Of a stretch of DNA of 64,000 nt, positions 14,905 through 27,098 are shown one piece after another. The notes below the pieces were generated by a model. The model saw only the letters and a list, made by a program, of their open reading frames with translations. It did no database searches and was not told the DNA's origin. This stretch comes from Octopus sinensis (Eukaryota): assembly GCF_006345805.1 (NCBI RefSeq), contig NC_043014.1, positions 29,078,001-29,142,000 on the forward strand, in the 5' to 3' direction. Both the position numbers and the translations under genes were made by a program. Each line of letters opens with the position of its first letter. Within the stretch, counting starts at the first letter, position 1.

Positions 14905-15132
14905 AAACTCGCATGCACATGTAATGTGTGTGTATGTATATATCGATGAGTGTGTATTGTGTGTTTGTGTTAGTCTCCCACACTAGATAACTTGTGTTGG
15001 CTTCTTTACTTCTCCGAAATATAGCGGATCGGCAAAACGTACTCGATATAATGAATATCAAACTTAAAAACCCATCAAGGCGTTGCGCCAGGCTGGCTGC
15101 AGTCCACTGAGTGAAACATGCAAGAGTTAAAA
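14735..15132 (+). mobile_element. SINE A, old copy with expanded internal (CA)n
   Basis: GGGTTCAGTCCCACTGCATTGCACCTT head remnant and GGCTGCAGTCCACTGAGTGAAACA tail remnant. Confidence 0.6.
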
Positions 15133-15159
15133 AAACAGACACGAACGCACACACACACA

Positions 15160-15600
15160 TGCACACATACATACCCACATACATAAATATACACACACAT
15201 ACATACACACATACGTACATACATATATACACACACTCATACACACACATACATACATGCATTAGTGCATACATTCATGCATACATACATACACACATAC
15301 GTAGACACACACATACACATACATACATACATACATACAAAAATACATACATACATACATACATACAAACATACATACATACATACACACACATACATAC
15401 ATACATACATACATACATACATACATACATACAAACATACATACACACATACATACAAACATACTAACATACATACATACATACACATACATACATACAA
15501 ACATTCATGCATACATACATAGACACACATATACACATACATACATACATACATACATACATAATACATACATACATACATACATACATACACACACACA
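15160..15600. repeat. (TACA)n / (CA)n compound microsatellite
   Basis: Direct reading. Confidence 0.95.
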
Positions 15601-15815
15601 TCCACACATGCATATATGCATACATTCTTATACACACCATATTTCAACACATGGTTCCTTTCACGGTCACTCACTGTTTGTCAAAACAGATGAAGTTTAA
15701 GCGCTTCAGTCCATTTTTACTTTGGGAAGAAATATGTGTACCCTAGTATAAAGCTGGTTATAATTTTCTTAACAACCCAAATCCCTACAAGCCACAACTC
15801 AGTGAAAGAATGAAC

Positions 15816-16008
15816 GAGGAGTGGCTGTGTGGTAAGTAGCTTGCTTACCAACCACATGGTTCCGGGCTCAGTCACACACACACACATATATATATATATA
15901 CATATATACAACGGGCTTCTTTCAGTTTCCGTCTACCAAATCCACTCACAAGGCTGTGGTCGGCCGGAGGCTATAGTAGAAGACACTTGCCCAAGGTGCC
16001 ACGCAGTG
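15816..16008. mobile_element. SINE A with internal inversion (head on +, body on -)
   Basis: Head GAGGAGTGGCTG...CTCAGTC (15816-15873) followed by the reverse complement of the next segment, CACTGCGTGG...(TA)(TG) (15874-16008). Confidence 0.82.
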
Positions 16009-16170
16009 ATATATATATAATATACGACGGTCTGCTTTCAGTTTCCGTCTACCAAATCCGCCCAGCTCGAGGTTGTAGTGTAGAAGACACTTGTCCAAGG
16101 TGCTAAGCAGTGAGACTGAACCCAGAACCATGTGGTTGGGATGCAAGCTTCTTACCACCCACCCGTGCCT
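16009..16170 (-). mobile_element. SINE A 5' half
   Basis: TTTCAGTTTCCGTCTACCAAATCC...AGAAGACACTTGTCCAAGGTGC...GAACCATGTGGTTGG. Confidence 0.78.
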
Positions 16171-16464
16171 TCATCTTTGGGAAGAAATATAGTCCTTTTG
16201 TCTAAGTTAGGATATAGATGGTTATAATTTTGTTAACTACCTAAATATTTACAAGTCAAAACTCAGGGAAAAAGGAACGAAACTAAACGTCTTATGCAGC
16301 TGACCGTCTCCCCGTTTGTCATTTTTGATGACACTTATTATTATTTTTGATATTCTTTAAGTGGAAAGGATTTGCTAAGGGGCCATTTGTTAATAGTGCT
16401 CTGCGTTTAATCAAGCAGTTGTTATTGGTGGTGTTAGGCCATCATTAATCCAGCAAGCCTATGA

Positions 16465-16848
16465 TCCTTTTCTACTCTAGGCACAAGGCCCGAAATATTT
16501 GGGGAGAGGGCCAGTCGATTAGATCGGCCGCCCAGTACACAACCGGTACTTAATTTATCGACCCCAAAAGGATGAAAGGCAAAGTCGACCTCGGCGGAAA
16601 TTGAACTCAGAACGTAAAGTCAGACAAAATACCCATTTCTTTACTACCCACAAGGGGCTAAACACAGAGGGGACGAACAAGGACAGACATAGGTATTAAG
16701 TTGATTATATCGACTGGTACTTATTTCATCGACCCCGAAAGGATGAAAGGCAAAGTCGACCTCGGCGGAATTTGAACTCAGAACGTAACGGCAGACGAAA
16801 TACCTCTAAGCATTTCGCCCGGCGTGCTAACGTTTCTGCCAGCTGATC
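16465..16848 (-). mobile_element. SINE B containing one B' unit (16634-16804)
   Basis: Head, B' unit ending GTAGTAAAGAAATG, then GGTATTT.. and a normal B tail; same junction as the 7.2-7.8 kb array. Confidence 0.85.
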
Positions 16849-16952
16849 AAAAGCACTCCAACTGTGATCAGTCGCTCAATTTAACTCTACATACGATTGC
16901 ATTATCCAGTGTTTTCGTACCATTCACAAAATCGCAGGGCGGGATTTCTAAA

Positions 16953-16990
16953 AGATCTGGCTGCTATTTTCAGCAGGTTCAGCGACCACA
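16953..16990 (-). repeat. Short dispersed motif E (TGTGGT..GA.CTGCTAGAAATAGCAGCCAAAT)
   Basis: Also on + at 35432-35474 and 36752-36796, and partially at ~17570 (-). Confidence 0.6.
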
Positions 16991-17693
16991 CAGAGGTGCA
17001 TTTAGAAAGCGGTAAATGGAATGGGTGTGGTACTTTTTATTGATTATATCTCCAGTACATTGTTACCGGAAGTGAGAAGGGTGGGTTTGTTTTATTAAAT
17101 AGCTCTTTCAAGACAAAAGTCGCATGACACCCATTTCACTCTTCAATGAGTGCTGTCACTCCCATCAAATCAATCCCTTCGACTTATATCTCTTGTTCAT
17201 CCCAATCCCTCCTTAATCTTCTCGCCTTTCTCCTTACTCGTAATCACAAGAGGCGGACAAAAATATATAAATACATAAATAAAACAACCACACCTTATCT
17301 TCAACGGAAGATTAAAAAAAGCAACTAACAAAAACCCCCCAAAATACTGATAACTACAAGGGATCCAGTGATGGTTTGTAACAGTAAAAACACAGGTCAA
17401 GAAGTTCACAAAATATAATTTTGCTGGTGTCGTTGTTCAACTTCAGCCCACTCCCGGACTTGAACTTTTGAGTAAAGGAATTCAAGCTGCATGCCTAACC
17501 CATTTACGTATTACATTATTCAATAAGTCATTTTCTTTTTTTTTTTAAGACAGTATGGAATAATACGAAGGAGACTTGGCTGCTATTTCCATCATGTAAA
17601 GACTTCCTCGCTGGCCGATATATCTGCGTGTCAAGAGATGTGGGGCGAGAAAATGAGATCTTCAGTAGTGTTCCACTTCACAGTTTCAAATAT

Positions 17694-17877
17694 ATTTCTT
17701 TACTACCCACAAGGGGCTAAACACAGATGGGACAAACAAGGACAGACAAACGGATTAAGTCGATTACATCGACCTCAGTGCGTAACTGGTACCTAATTTA
17801 TCGACCCCGAAAGGATGAAGGGCAACATCGACCCAGAACGTAACGGCAGACGAAATACGGCTACGCATTTCGCCGCC
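17694..17877 (-). mobile_element. SINE B head remnant plus B' unit
   Basis: Reverse complement GGCGGCGAAATGCGTAGCCGTATTTCG...TAGCCCCTTGTGGGTAGTAAAGAAATAT. Confidence 0.82.
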
Positions 17878-19371
17878 TTAGAGTTTCAAATACATCAAGC
17901 AAACAGATGAATATCTTTATATACATAGGCGCCACAGGCGTGCTATCTCTGCCCTCTGCGTTTAGGATACTACAATTGTAGTAGCCAGCTCCACTCAGAT
18001 TTTTCCGTCACACATATTGTGTCATCCTATCCCTAATCTCTGCATTATGCATTGCCTTGTTCCTCTAAAATATCAGCCCTCTAATATTCCTTCTGTTCGT
18101 ATGTTGTTTAAGGAAACATCTGTTTTTAGTCCATCGTATTTTCTATCCATTTTCTTTTCTTCGACATCCTGCTCTTCAAGTGTTTGCTATATTCCAACCC
18201 TTCGCAATGTTACAGTAATCAATATGCCCCTTGCATCTCAGATACGTGACTCTATCAGATCTTGGTTCGATATTCAAAGTACAATGAAATTCAATTAATT
18301 CATTAACCCCTCTTGTTTATTATTGTTCTTTGAGGATCACCATTGTAGTGCTGACTGGGACATCATTGCTGCTTCAAAGCGGGTTCATGGCCTCACCCTT
18401 TTTTTAATATTCACTTCTTTGGGGTGGGGGGCTTCCTTTTCCTTCCTTCTGTTTTTGCATTCACCTCGGCAATTTGGAAACTTCACGTCATTATCTATCC
18501 CTGATCACATGATGATGAAGGAATGCTATTTTTTGCTATTGTCAGGGAACGGAGGCACTTGCACCTTTGTTTGTAGGACCGAGCTCAAGGTGACCGCCAC
18601 CACAATTTCTATAGCTGTCACTAAAAGTGCTCGGGAAACTGGTTCTGCCGATTTTGTAACCGCCTCCGGAGCTATCCGCTGCTTTTCTCTTCCCTCTGTT
18701 TTTCTGGTGTTCCCATTTCTTAAGGGAAAAAAACGCTTGAAGTTATTCTGTTTTACAACCACATGTGCCAGAAATAGGCCCTTTGCCATGCACTAAGAGT
18801 CCTATGCTCTTCATTTTGGCGAGACGAAGTGCATGTGATTAATAGCGTAGGCTTCAGTATAGTTTTGTGACTTTTGGGAGTCAGTGCTTGCAAGCCCACT
18901 CTGACTCCCCCTGAGCATATCTGGCCTACATCAGTTTTTATATGAATTCTGTAATTTCCTACTCTTACATCAGTTGTGTTTTGATTATGTCCACGAGCCA
19001 GAAAATACTGTAGCCGCCCTATAAGGCTTACTCTTCACAGTCGAGAAAATTTCTCTCGATATTTCATGGAGCGTTTCTTCTTCTTTCTGTGTAGACGAGA
19101 GTTGTAAACTCCAATTTCCCATCTCAAGGTACAGAAACGTTATTTTCCTTGTTGTCCGTTCTTGGGTTAGATTCCGGGGGTAAAGAGACACTATTTGGCT
19201 TTACACAATTACCTCAGTCATTTTTTTTATTTATTTAAATATTTGTAGATCTTAAAAAAAATCAAAAAACCCTGTCTATATCACAGGCGTGCAAAATTTA
19301 GCTCTTCTAAGTATTATCGAATATATTTATCTGTGTGCTGGTTTGTCATTTTTATTGCTTTTACTGCTGTC

Positions 19372-19490
19372 AGAAGGATGAAATGCAACGTCGACCTCAG
19401 CGCAATTTGAACTCAGAACGTAAAAACAGACGAAATGTCGGTAAACTTTTTGGCGGAGGGTGATAACGATTCTGCCAGCTGGCAGCCTTA
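19372..19490 (-). mobile_element. SINE B fragment
   Basis: GAAGGATGAAATGCAACGTCGACCTC..ATTTGAACTCAGAACG..AACGATTCTGCCAGC. Confidence 0.7.
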
Positions 19491-19886
19491 AATATTTTGC
19501 AAGTTAAAAGTTCTTTTATAAAGGCTCTAAAAACAAATTGTTCTTTTGTCTGCATCCCGAAAGACGGGAACAAACATCTACAAGTAACGCTATTGTCAAA
19601 TACTCTAAAGAAAGCATTGCAGTACCAAACTATTGTACAACTTAAATATATTGCACCATCAAACTACACTGTACCACAAACTACTGGAACGTTAAAATAA
19701 TGTTCCACCAAATTATGCTTTTCCTCCAAAGTACTGAATCACTTAAATATACTGTTATAGTTAAATGTTACACCAGAATTATGTATAAATATCTGTAATC
19801 ATGCATTTAATCAGCTTACACGTTTACACAGACCTTTTGTTACTGTTTTCTTCTGTCTATTTGGAGTACTCTCGTGGTAGAAGCAG

Positions 19887-19928
<42 letters not shown>

Positions 19929-20023
19929 TAAAGATACAGCATTGTATAAATTATGTAAAATTAACTGGCGTATATATATATATATATATGTGTGTGTGTG
20001 GTTGTGTGTGTGTGTGTGTGTGT

Positions 20024-20057
<34 letters not shown>

Positions 20058-21054
20058 TGTGTGTGTGTGTGTGTGTGTGTGTCTGTGTGTGTGTCTGTGT
20101 GTGTGTGTGTGTGTGTCTGTGTGTATGTATTATATTTATTGCTATATCGACTCGTATATAAACACATTCATAGGTATATATAGATTATATATGCGTGTGC
20201 ATTTATGAATGTGTCTATGTATATGTAAATATATGTGTATGTAATGTATATATCAGCATAGGTATACTCACATGCACATGTATATACATATATGAATACA
20301 TGTGTGTGTAGTGTGTGTGTTTGTACATTTAATTATGTAATTGTATACGAGTATGCAAGCATGTGTGTATAATCTTTTTGTTAGAAAACAAAACCTCTGT
20401 GGTTAGATATTGATAATATAATTAGTAGCTTAGTAACGAGCACACAGCATTAAAATAGGGTCCGTAGGGTATATAATAATAGGATCATTGTATTAGGCCT
20501 TTAATAGTGTATTAACGCTGCATTAAAACCAACCCCTTGATGCCATTAATGTATCATTAGTGTTGCCCTCTCAATGCATGAAATGTACCCCTAAAATAGC
20601 CTCACTTAGAGTCTACAAATATAATTAAATAAACCCTTAAGGTTAGTGATACAGCATCAACTTACCCCGTGTTCCTCTTTAAGGTTATGAATATATCAGT
20701 ATAGATTTAGCTCCCTTGTTTGAAAATGTATAGCTTTAGTACATTCAGATAGCTGCTTTAACTCAGCCTTGCGGGATTTAAGGGCAGTGGATTGGCCGTC
20801 TATAGACTGGCAGATAAAATGCCCTGTATCATTTAGTTACGTTCATTTACACCCTGAGCACAAATCCCGTTGCCGTTGATGTTCGTTCTTTACCCTTCTG
20901 GGTTCAAGAAAATAAACACCAGACAAGTAATGGGGTCAATTTAATCTTCGCTTTCTTTTCCCTTCTCCACCACCTTTCTCTGCTGTTCTGTATGCGACTT
21001 TGGCGTTTCGGCGGTGTTTCTTATACAATCATTATGTATTGGTAGTCCTTAATT

Positions 21055-21250
21055 CTTAGGCAGTGAGCTGTCGGAATCCTTAACACGCTGTCATTACGCT
21101 CTGAGTTCAAATTCCGCCTAGGTCAACTTTGTTTTTCACCTCTTCGGGGTCGAGAAAATAAGTACCAGCTGAGTATTGGTGTCGATGTAACCGACTCGCC
21201 TCTTTCCACTAACTTGCTGACCTAGTGCCAGAATTTGAGCGCAATATTTC
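21055..21250 (+). mobile_element. SINE B, diverged
   Basis: GGCAGTGAGCTG..GAATC..CTGAGTTCAAATTCCGCC..TTCGGGGTCGAGAAAATAAGTACCAG. Confidence 0.72.
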
Positions 21251-21647
21251 TTAATCCTAGAATATTGATAACGATTGTAATAATGGTCGTGATGCGAGGT
21301 TAGCTGTGGTTGTAATGGTGGTGATGGTTTTGGTGCTGATGGCATTTGTGGTGTTAGTTGTGGTTGTGATTTTAGTGGTGTTTGGTTATGGTAATTGTAA
21401 TGGTTGTCATGATGGTTTTTATATTGGTAAGTCTGTTGTTATTGAGATGATGGTGGTGGTGTTTATTACGAGAGGAAGTATTCATGAGAGGGTACATAGG
21501 TGCAGAAGAATAGATAGAAACTTTAAAATAGCATGAGGGAGTAGTAGAGTATGATAGAGGAGAGAAAGAGTGAGAGAGAGCGATAGAGAGAGAGAAATAG
21601 TATGGTGTGGCGCAGGGGAGCAATAGAGGTAGTTAGTAAGGGAGGTG

Positions 21648-21735
21648 GAGAAATAAAAAAAAATGCCCAGGGAAATAAAAAATGCCCAGAGAAATAAAAA
21701 AAGCTCAGAGAAATAAAAAAAATGTTCAGAGAAAA
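21648..21735. repeat. ~20-bp minisatellite (GAGAAATAAAAAA.TGCCCA) x4-5
   Basis: Direct reading. Confidence 0.75.
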
Positions 21736-21953
21736 AACAATAGTTTGAAATACATTAACGAAGACTCCATGCTCTCAACAACGTCATTTATGATTTAAGA
21801 TAAAACTGTGAAATATTTCTTGAAGAGTGAAAAGACTTAATAATTATGGATTAAAGAAATTAAGTAGGATGAGAAGATCTTAGCACTTTTGCATCTCAGA
21901 TTGAAGACTTTTCATTCTCGTGGCTTGGATCTAATAAAAATAAATGTGTAGCT

Positions 21954-22257
21954 CAGTGATTTCCACCTGGGATATAAGCCCCACAGGTGGGGCCCGCAAA
22001 CATTGTGGTGAAACGTGGTATCGTAGTTACCAGGTACAAGGTTCTCATTAACGTGATTCACTTTTTTTTCTCTCAGTCCATAATGTACATTTTTTTGTAC
22101 TTAGTATTTTATAAAAGAGTTACCACTAGACTCTTTTATATTAAATGATTGTGATAAAATATTAAAAATAAAGTTATTTTTTCAACCAGTGGTGGGGAAT
22201 ACGTTTTTCTGGAGAGGCCTGGGGGGATACTATATGATAATAGGTTGGTAAACATTG
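21954..22257 (+). mobile_element. hAT-type non-autonomous element (CAGTG...CATTG), homolog of 63060-63521
   Basis: Shared internal sequence (ACCAGG.ACAAGGTT..CATTAA.GTGATTCAC; ATAAAAGAGTTACC; AAAAATAAAGTT.TTTT) and CAGTGATT../..AAACATTG termini. Confidence 0.65.
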
Positions 22258-22559
22258 ATCCAGCAAGACAGAGGACTTCTTTTTAGATTTACAGTGTTTA
22301 AAGAAGACATCTAGAGTTGCTTGTTCATTTTAATGTGTGGAAATCATCTTATCAACAAGTTTGTAGCCACAAGCTCCTTAGTTGAACAGCCGCTAGACTG
22401 TCAAACATCAGTAGCTTTGAGTTACGTCTACACATAGATTTTTAAAAAAAATATGTACGATATTCATCGGAGGAGGGATATTGCCCATTCTTCTTGCGCT
22501 GTCCTAGATTTAAGCCTTCACCAATAAAATCATTCAGGATCGATATTTTCTTCTTTTTT

Positions 22560-22925
22560 TTTTAACTTGTTTCAATCTTTGGAATGCGGCCATGCTGAAG
22601 CACCGCCTTGAAGAGACTAGTCGAATAAATAGATCTTAATGCTTATCTTATAAATCTGGTATTTATTCTATCGGACTCTTTTGTCGAACCACTTGCTTAC
22701 ATGGACATAAACACACCAACATTGGTTGTCAAGCGATGGTGGAGTATAAACACAGATACAAAGACACACACATACATAAATATATACATATATACATACA
22801 ACGGTCTTTTTTCAGTTTCCGTCTATCAAATCCATTCACAAGGCTTTGGTCGACCCGAGGCTATAGTAGGTGCCATGCAGTGGGACTGAACCCGGAATCA
22901 TATAGTATGGTAGTAAGCTTCTTAA
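22560..22925 (-). mobile_element. SINE A, older copy
   Basis: GCGGCCATGCTGAAGCACCGCCTT...TTCAGTTTCCGTCTATCAAATCC...CAGTGGGACTGAACCCGGAA. Confidence 0.75.
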
Positions 22926-23166
22926 GAAACTCTCAAGAGAGCTGAACAGCAGATTGTCTTCAGCGAAGAAATTGCGTTCAGGCAAGTGTCTCGGCCATTT
23001 ACTTCTTAAACTCTAAGCGGTCTGAGCCGCATTCAGGTCATGTCGTCTGGGTGACTTTCTGGTAGCAAATTTAGCAACTTGGACACACACACACACAGAC
23101 ACACACACACACACACACACTCACACACACACACACACACACACACGCACGCACGCACACACATAC

Positions 23167-23224
<58 letters not shown>

Positions 23225-23254
23225 CACACACGCACGAACACATTGAGAGAAACA

Positions 23255-23420
23255 GACGTGGCTATGAGGTAGAAAGTTTGCTTCTCAAGCCCTTGGCTTT
23301 TGTGTTCAGTCCCAATGCGTGACAACTTTGGTAAGGTTCTTCTGCTGTAACCTTGGGCCCGACCAAAACCTTGTGAGGGAATCTGGTAGACGGAAACTGA
23401 AAGAAGTCCGTCGTATATCA

Positions 23421-23475
<55 letters not shown>

Positions 23476-23770
23476 CACACACATTCACATTCATATATAT
23501 GAGTGTGTTTGTGTGTGTATGTATGAATATACGTATGGTGTATGAGTGTGTATTTGTTTACATCTTTGTGCTTTTCCTCAGCCATCGCTTGACAACCGGT
23601 GTTGGTTCGTTTAGACCCGTAAATTATTAGTTCATCAAATACACACCAACAGAACACGTACCAGACTTTAGATAAAAGTACTGGGATCGATTTCTTCGAT
23701 TAAACCCTGCAAGGCTTATCCTCAATATGACCGCAATCCACTGACTAAAACAAGCAAAATATCAAAGATT
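23255..23770 (+). mobile_element. SINE A, older copy with expanded internal microsatellite
   Basis: GTTCAGTCCCAATGCGTG..GGTAGACGGAAACTGAAAGAAG..CATCGCTTGACAACCGGTGTTGG. Confidence 0.72.
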
Positions 23771-24253
23771 CCACACAGTTTCTGTTAATCATATTTAATC
23801 ACAGGATATTGACAAGTCCGGGGGTTATAGTAGAAGACGCTTGCCCATGGTGCCAGAATGATATTTTAGCTCGGATCCAAATGTACACGTTTTTCATTTT
23901 GTCATTTTGTCTTCATATTTTTCGAACTAACTAAACTGAAATGGCTTTAGTTAAAGTAACTGTTCTTATAGATTCCACAGTTAACCTGTCAATTTGTGAA
24001 TGTAGAGTAGAACATATTGTCTCCAAGAACGGATTGCCTGTGTCAAGTGGAACTTCATGTTATGCATTGAGAGGCTGTATACAAAAGCCGTAATTCAACG
24101 GTCCAGAATTATAAGCTAACATCCGCTACCCTTCAGCGGAATGAGCTTCAGGTTCTACCTAGAACTCTCATTTTTCTATAGTTCTGCATTGTCACATTTG
24201 TTGTTAGGTTAGTTTCATTATGTCTCTACGCCAAAGTGACCTAATCAGGTTTC

Positions 24254-24633
24254 GAGGCGCAATGGCCCAGTGGTTAGGGCAGCGGACTCGTGGTCATAGG
24301 ATCGCGGTTTCGATTCCCAGACCGGGTGTTGTGAGTGTTTATTGAGCGAAAACATCTAAAGCTCCACGAGGCTCCGGCAGAGGATGGTGGTGATCCCTGC
24401 TGTACTCTTTCACCACAACTTTCTGTCACTCTTACTTCCTGTTTCTGTTGTACCTGTATTTCAAAGGGCCGGCCTTGTCACTCTGTGTCACGCTGAATAT
24501 CCCCGAGAACTACGTTAAGGGTACACGTGTCTGTGGAGTGCTCAGCCACTTACACGTTAATTTCACGAGCAGGCTGTTCCGTTGATTCGGATCAACCGGA
24601 ACCCTCGTCGTCGTAACCGACGGAGTGCTTCCA
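24254..24633 (+). mobile_element. tRNA-derived SINE family C with 11-bp target-site duplication
   Basis: A-box TGGCCCAGTGG (24263-24273), B-box GGTTTCGATTCC (24306-24317); TAATCAGGTTT at 24242-24252 and 24634-24644. Confidence 0.9.
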
Positions 24634-25526
24634 TAATCAGGTTTTAGTTATCAAAACCAATCTTCTTGTTATTAATTCCACGTAATTGTAAAATAAGTAC
24701 CAGTAACCTACTGGTACTTAAATCAGTCGAATGAGATGGCTATATTGATGAGATATCGTATGTACTATGTACTTAGATATTATCAGTTTGAAAGAAAACA
24801 ATCTAACAAATAATGATGATGTTTTCGTTTTTAATTGCAGAATGCAACCATCGCGATTTGTCTTTACTCCAATCTTTTAAGTGACCATCCCTATTAGTAT
24901 TTATTTACTGTCATTATATAGATATCACAGCCATCTATGTCGGGTTATACTGGTTTGCGAAGACAATGCGTTCGTGAAGGGCACTAATAAGATCAAAATA
25001 TGTCCAGAGTTGTCACCAAATTTTCCGAAGATTAGACCCATTCTCCACTGTAAGATCTCATCTTATATTTCATTAATAACAAGCTAATTTTGGGATTGCC
25101 TCTCTTTCTTTGCTTTGATTATAATTATTAAAACAAGGTTTTTTCTCTGTCGTAATAACGAGTGTAATTTTTATTATATAAAATTTCTTTGCTCAATGGA
25201 TTAATGAATATTAGTCCCGACATAACCATTGTTCTTTGTATTTAACCCCCGTTTCGATAACCTTTCTCTTTACAATAAGGGTTTTAACTTTGGCTAAACC
25301 ATAAATATTATGTGCTTGATTCCCTTAGCACTTAATGTGCCTGTATACATAGCTTATTGAACTGGTCAGTTCACCAAAGCATCAAAAAGGAGATGATGAG
25401 GAGGTTCGATTCCTATTGGATACCTGTGCTTTTGATTCTGGGTTGTACGAACCATTCAACATTTGCGTTCATACATAATTAAAAAGTTATAAACATGCAA
25501 TTTTTATTTTATCCCTAAATGTTTTC

Positions 25527-25617
<91 letters not shown>

Positions 25618-25697
25618 ATTATTAATAATAATAATAATATTAATAATAATAATAATGATAATAATAATAATAATAATCCTTTTTACTAAAGGCACAA

Positions 25698-25855
25698 GTA
25701 CATTATTTACATTATTTACTTTTGATGGATATTTGTCCTCATCTTGTTTGTTGTTAATACAACGTTTCAGCTGATATACCTCCAGCTTTCATCAGGTGTC
25801 TTGGGGGAAATTTCGAACCTGGGTTCTATTTTCTAAGGTATTTTGGGATGTGGTT
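25698..25855 (-). mobile_element. Element G (hammerhead-bearing, probable Penelope-like pLTR)
   Basis: Homologous to 26700-26877 in opposite orientation; carries a CUGAUGA...GAAA core. Confidence 0.75.
25756..25802 (-). ncRNA. Minimal type I hammerhead ribozyme motif, core intact
   Basis: GACAC-CUGAUGA-A-AGCUG[GAGGUAUAU]CAGCU-GAAA-CG-UU-GUAUU; helix III reduced to the palindrome AACGUU. Confidence 0.72.
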
Positions 25856-25870
25856 ATTATTATTATTATT

Positions 25871-26420
25871 GAGTGAGAGAGCAGTGCATACCATCAAAGT
25901 GACACTGGGGTAAAATATACAAAGTATACCCATCATGACTACCCGTCTGATAAGTGTACACCATGTACATGCATCACAACCATATGTGCGTGACATGGTG
26001 ATCTCATATCAAGATAAACAGCACATGACCTTGCAGGTGGGGCCCAGTTAGAATTTTCTTTTGGTCGAGTAACCCATCTCGCTCAAAAGGTCCCTGAATA
26101 AGGATTGTTTAAGGATGTTGAACAAACCACCCATGTTTCCAAAGGTGAATTATCCAAACCTCTAAGAATTCTTTTCAACACACCGCTATGATGCTCCCCC
26201 ACTACTTCTGCTTTTGATCAGAGATGCACATATCGTCAGCCACTAAGGAACATGGTCAACTGGTTAAGGTCAAACAACTGACAAGTAAATCTGTGGTATT
26301 GAGCAGAATATTTGCTGTAGCCCATCTTTTATACCAAGACAAAACAATGTACATGATAACACTTCCAATCAGATAAGATCAGGAGCCATGAGGGCCACTG
26401 TCTGGTACTGCATCAGGGCA
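25871..26420 (-). mobile_element. Element F, second copy, between (AAT)n tracts
   Basis: Colinear reverse complement of 13337-13893. Confidence 0.85.
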
Positions 26421-26442
26421 TTTACTTTTATTATTATTATTC

Positions 26443-26506
<64 letters not shown>

Positions 26507-26535
26507 TTTATTCCGACTTCAATTCCAGGCAGTGA

Positions 26536-26686
<151 letters not shown>

Positions 26687-26699
26687 TTAATAATAATAG

Positions 26700-26877
26700 C
26701 AACAACACCGAAAAATACCTCAGAAATGAGAACTCAGGTTCGAAATTTCCCCAAGACACCTGATGAAGGCTGGAGGGTATATCAGCTTAAACATTGTGTT
26801 AGCAACAAACAAGATGACAAATATCCGTCAATTGTATATAATGTAAATATATCCTCATCTCTTAAATATAGAACTCT
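26700..26877 (+). mobile_element. Element G, second copy
   Basis: AAATACCTCAGAAATGAGAACTCAGGTTCGAAATTTCCCCAAGACACCTGATGAAGGCTGG...AAACAAGATGACAAATATCC. Confidence 0.75.
26753..26800 (+). ncRNA. Hammerhead motif with mutated core (GAAA to UAAA)
   Basis: GACAC-CUGAUGA-A-GGCUG[10 nt]CAGCU-UAAA-CA-UU-GUGUU; helix I GACAC/GUGUU intact. Confidence 0.55.
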
Positions 26878-26881
26878 AAAA

Positions 26882-26992
26882 ATAAGGCCTGAAATTTGTG
26901 GGTAGAGGACCAATCGTTTACATCGATCCCAGTACTCAACTGGTTCTCAATTTATCGACCCCGAAACACAAAGTCGACCTCGGCGGAATTTA
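26882..26992 (-). mobile_element. SINE B 3' part; its extreme tail appears displaced to 25678-25697
   Basis: 25678-25697 ends ..AAAGGCACAAG and 26882 resumes AAGGCCTGAAATTT; the consensus elsewhere (16480s, 37870s) is contiguous GGCACAAGGCC. Confidence 0.7.
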
Positions 26993-27007
26993 ATAAGGTA
27001 ATAGTAA

Positions 27008-27098
27008 TGTTAGGTTAGTTTCATTATGTCTCTACGCCAAAAAGACCTGATGAGGTTTCACTTGTTATCAAAGCCAATCTTCTTGCTATTAATTTCCA
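27008..27098 (+). repeat. Element H, uninterrupted paralog of the SINE C insertion site (24202-24252 + 24645-24685)
   Basis: TGTTAGGTTAGTTTCATTATGTCTCTACGCCAAA identical at both loci; TTATCAAA.CCAATCTTCTTG.TATTAAT continues. Confidence 0.85.

Noticed and set aside
17900-19190. Possible decayed LINE ORF1/endonuclease region on the - strand
   Set aside because: Non-repetitive and coding-like, but no motif could be read confidently without a search
24254-24330. tRNA-like sequence that could be called a tRNA gene
   Set aside because: Continues into a SINE body with a TSD and has no proper acceptor stem or terminator; the same applies to SINE A and D heads
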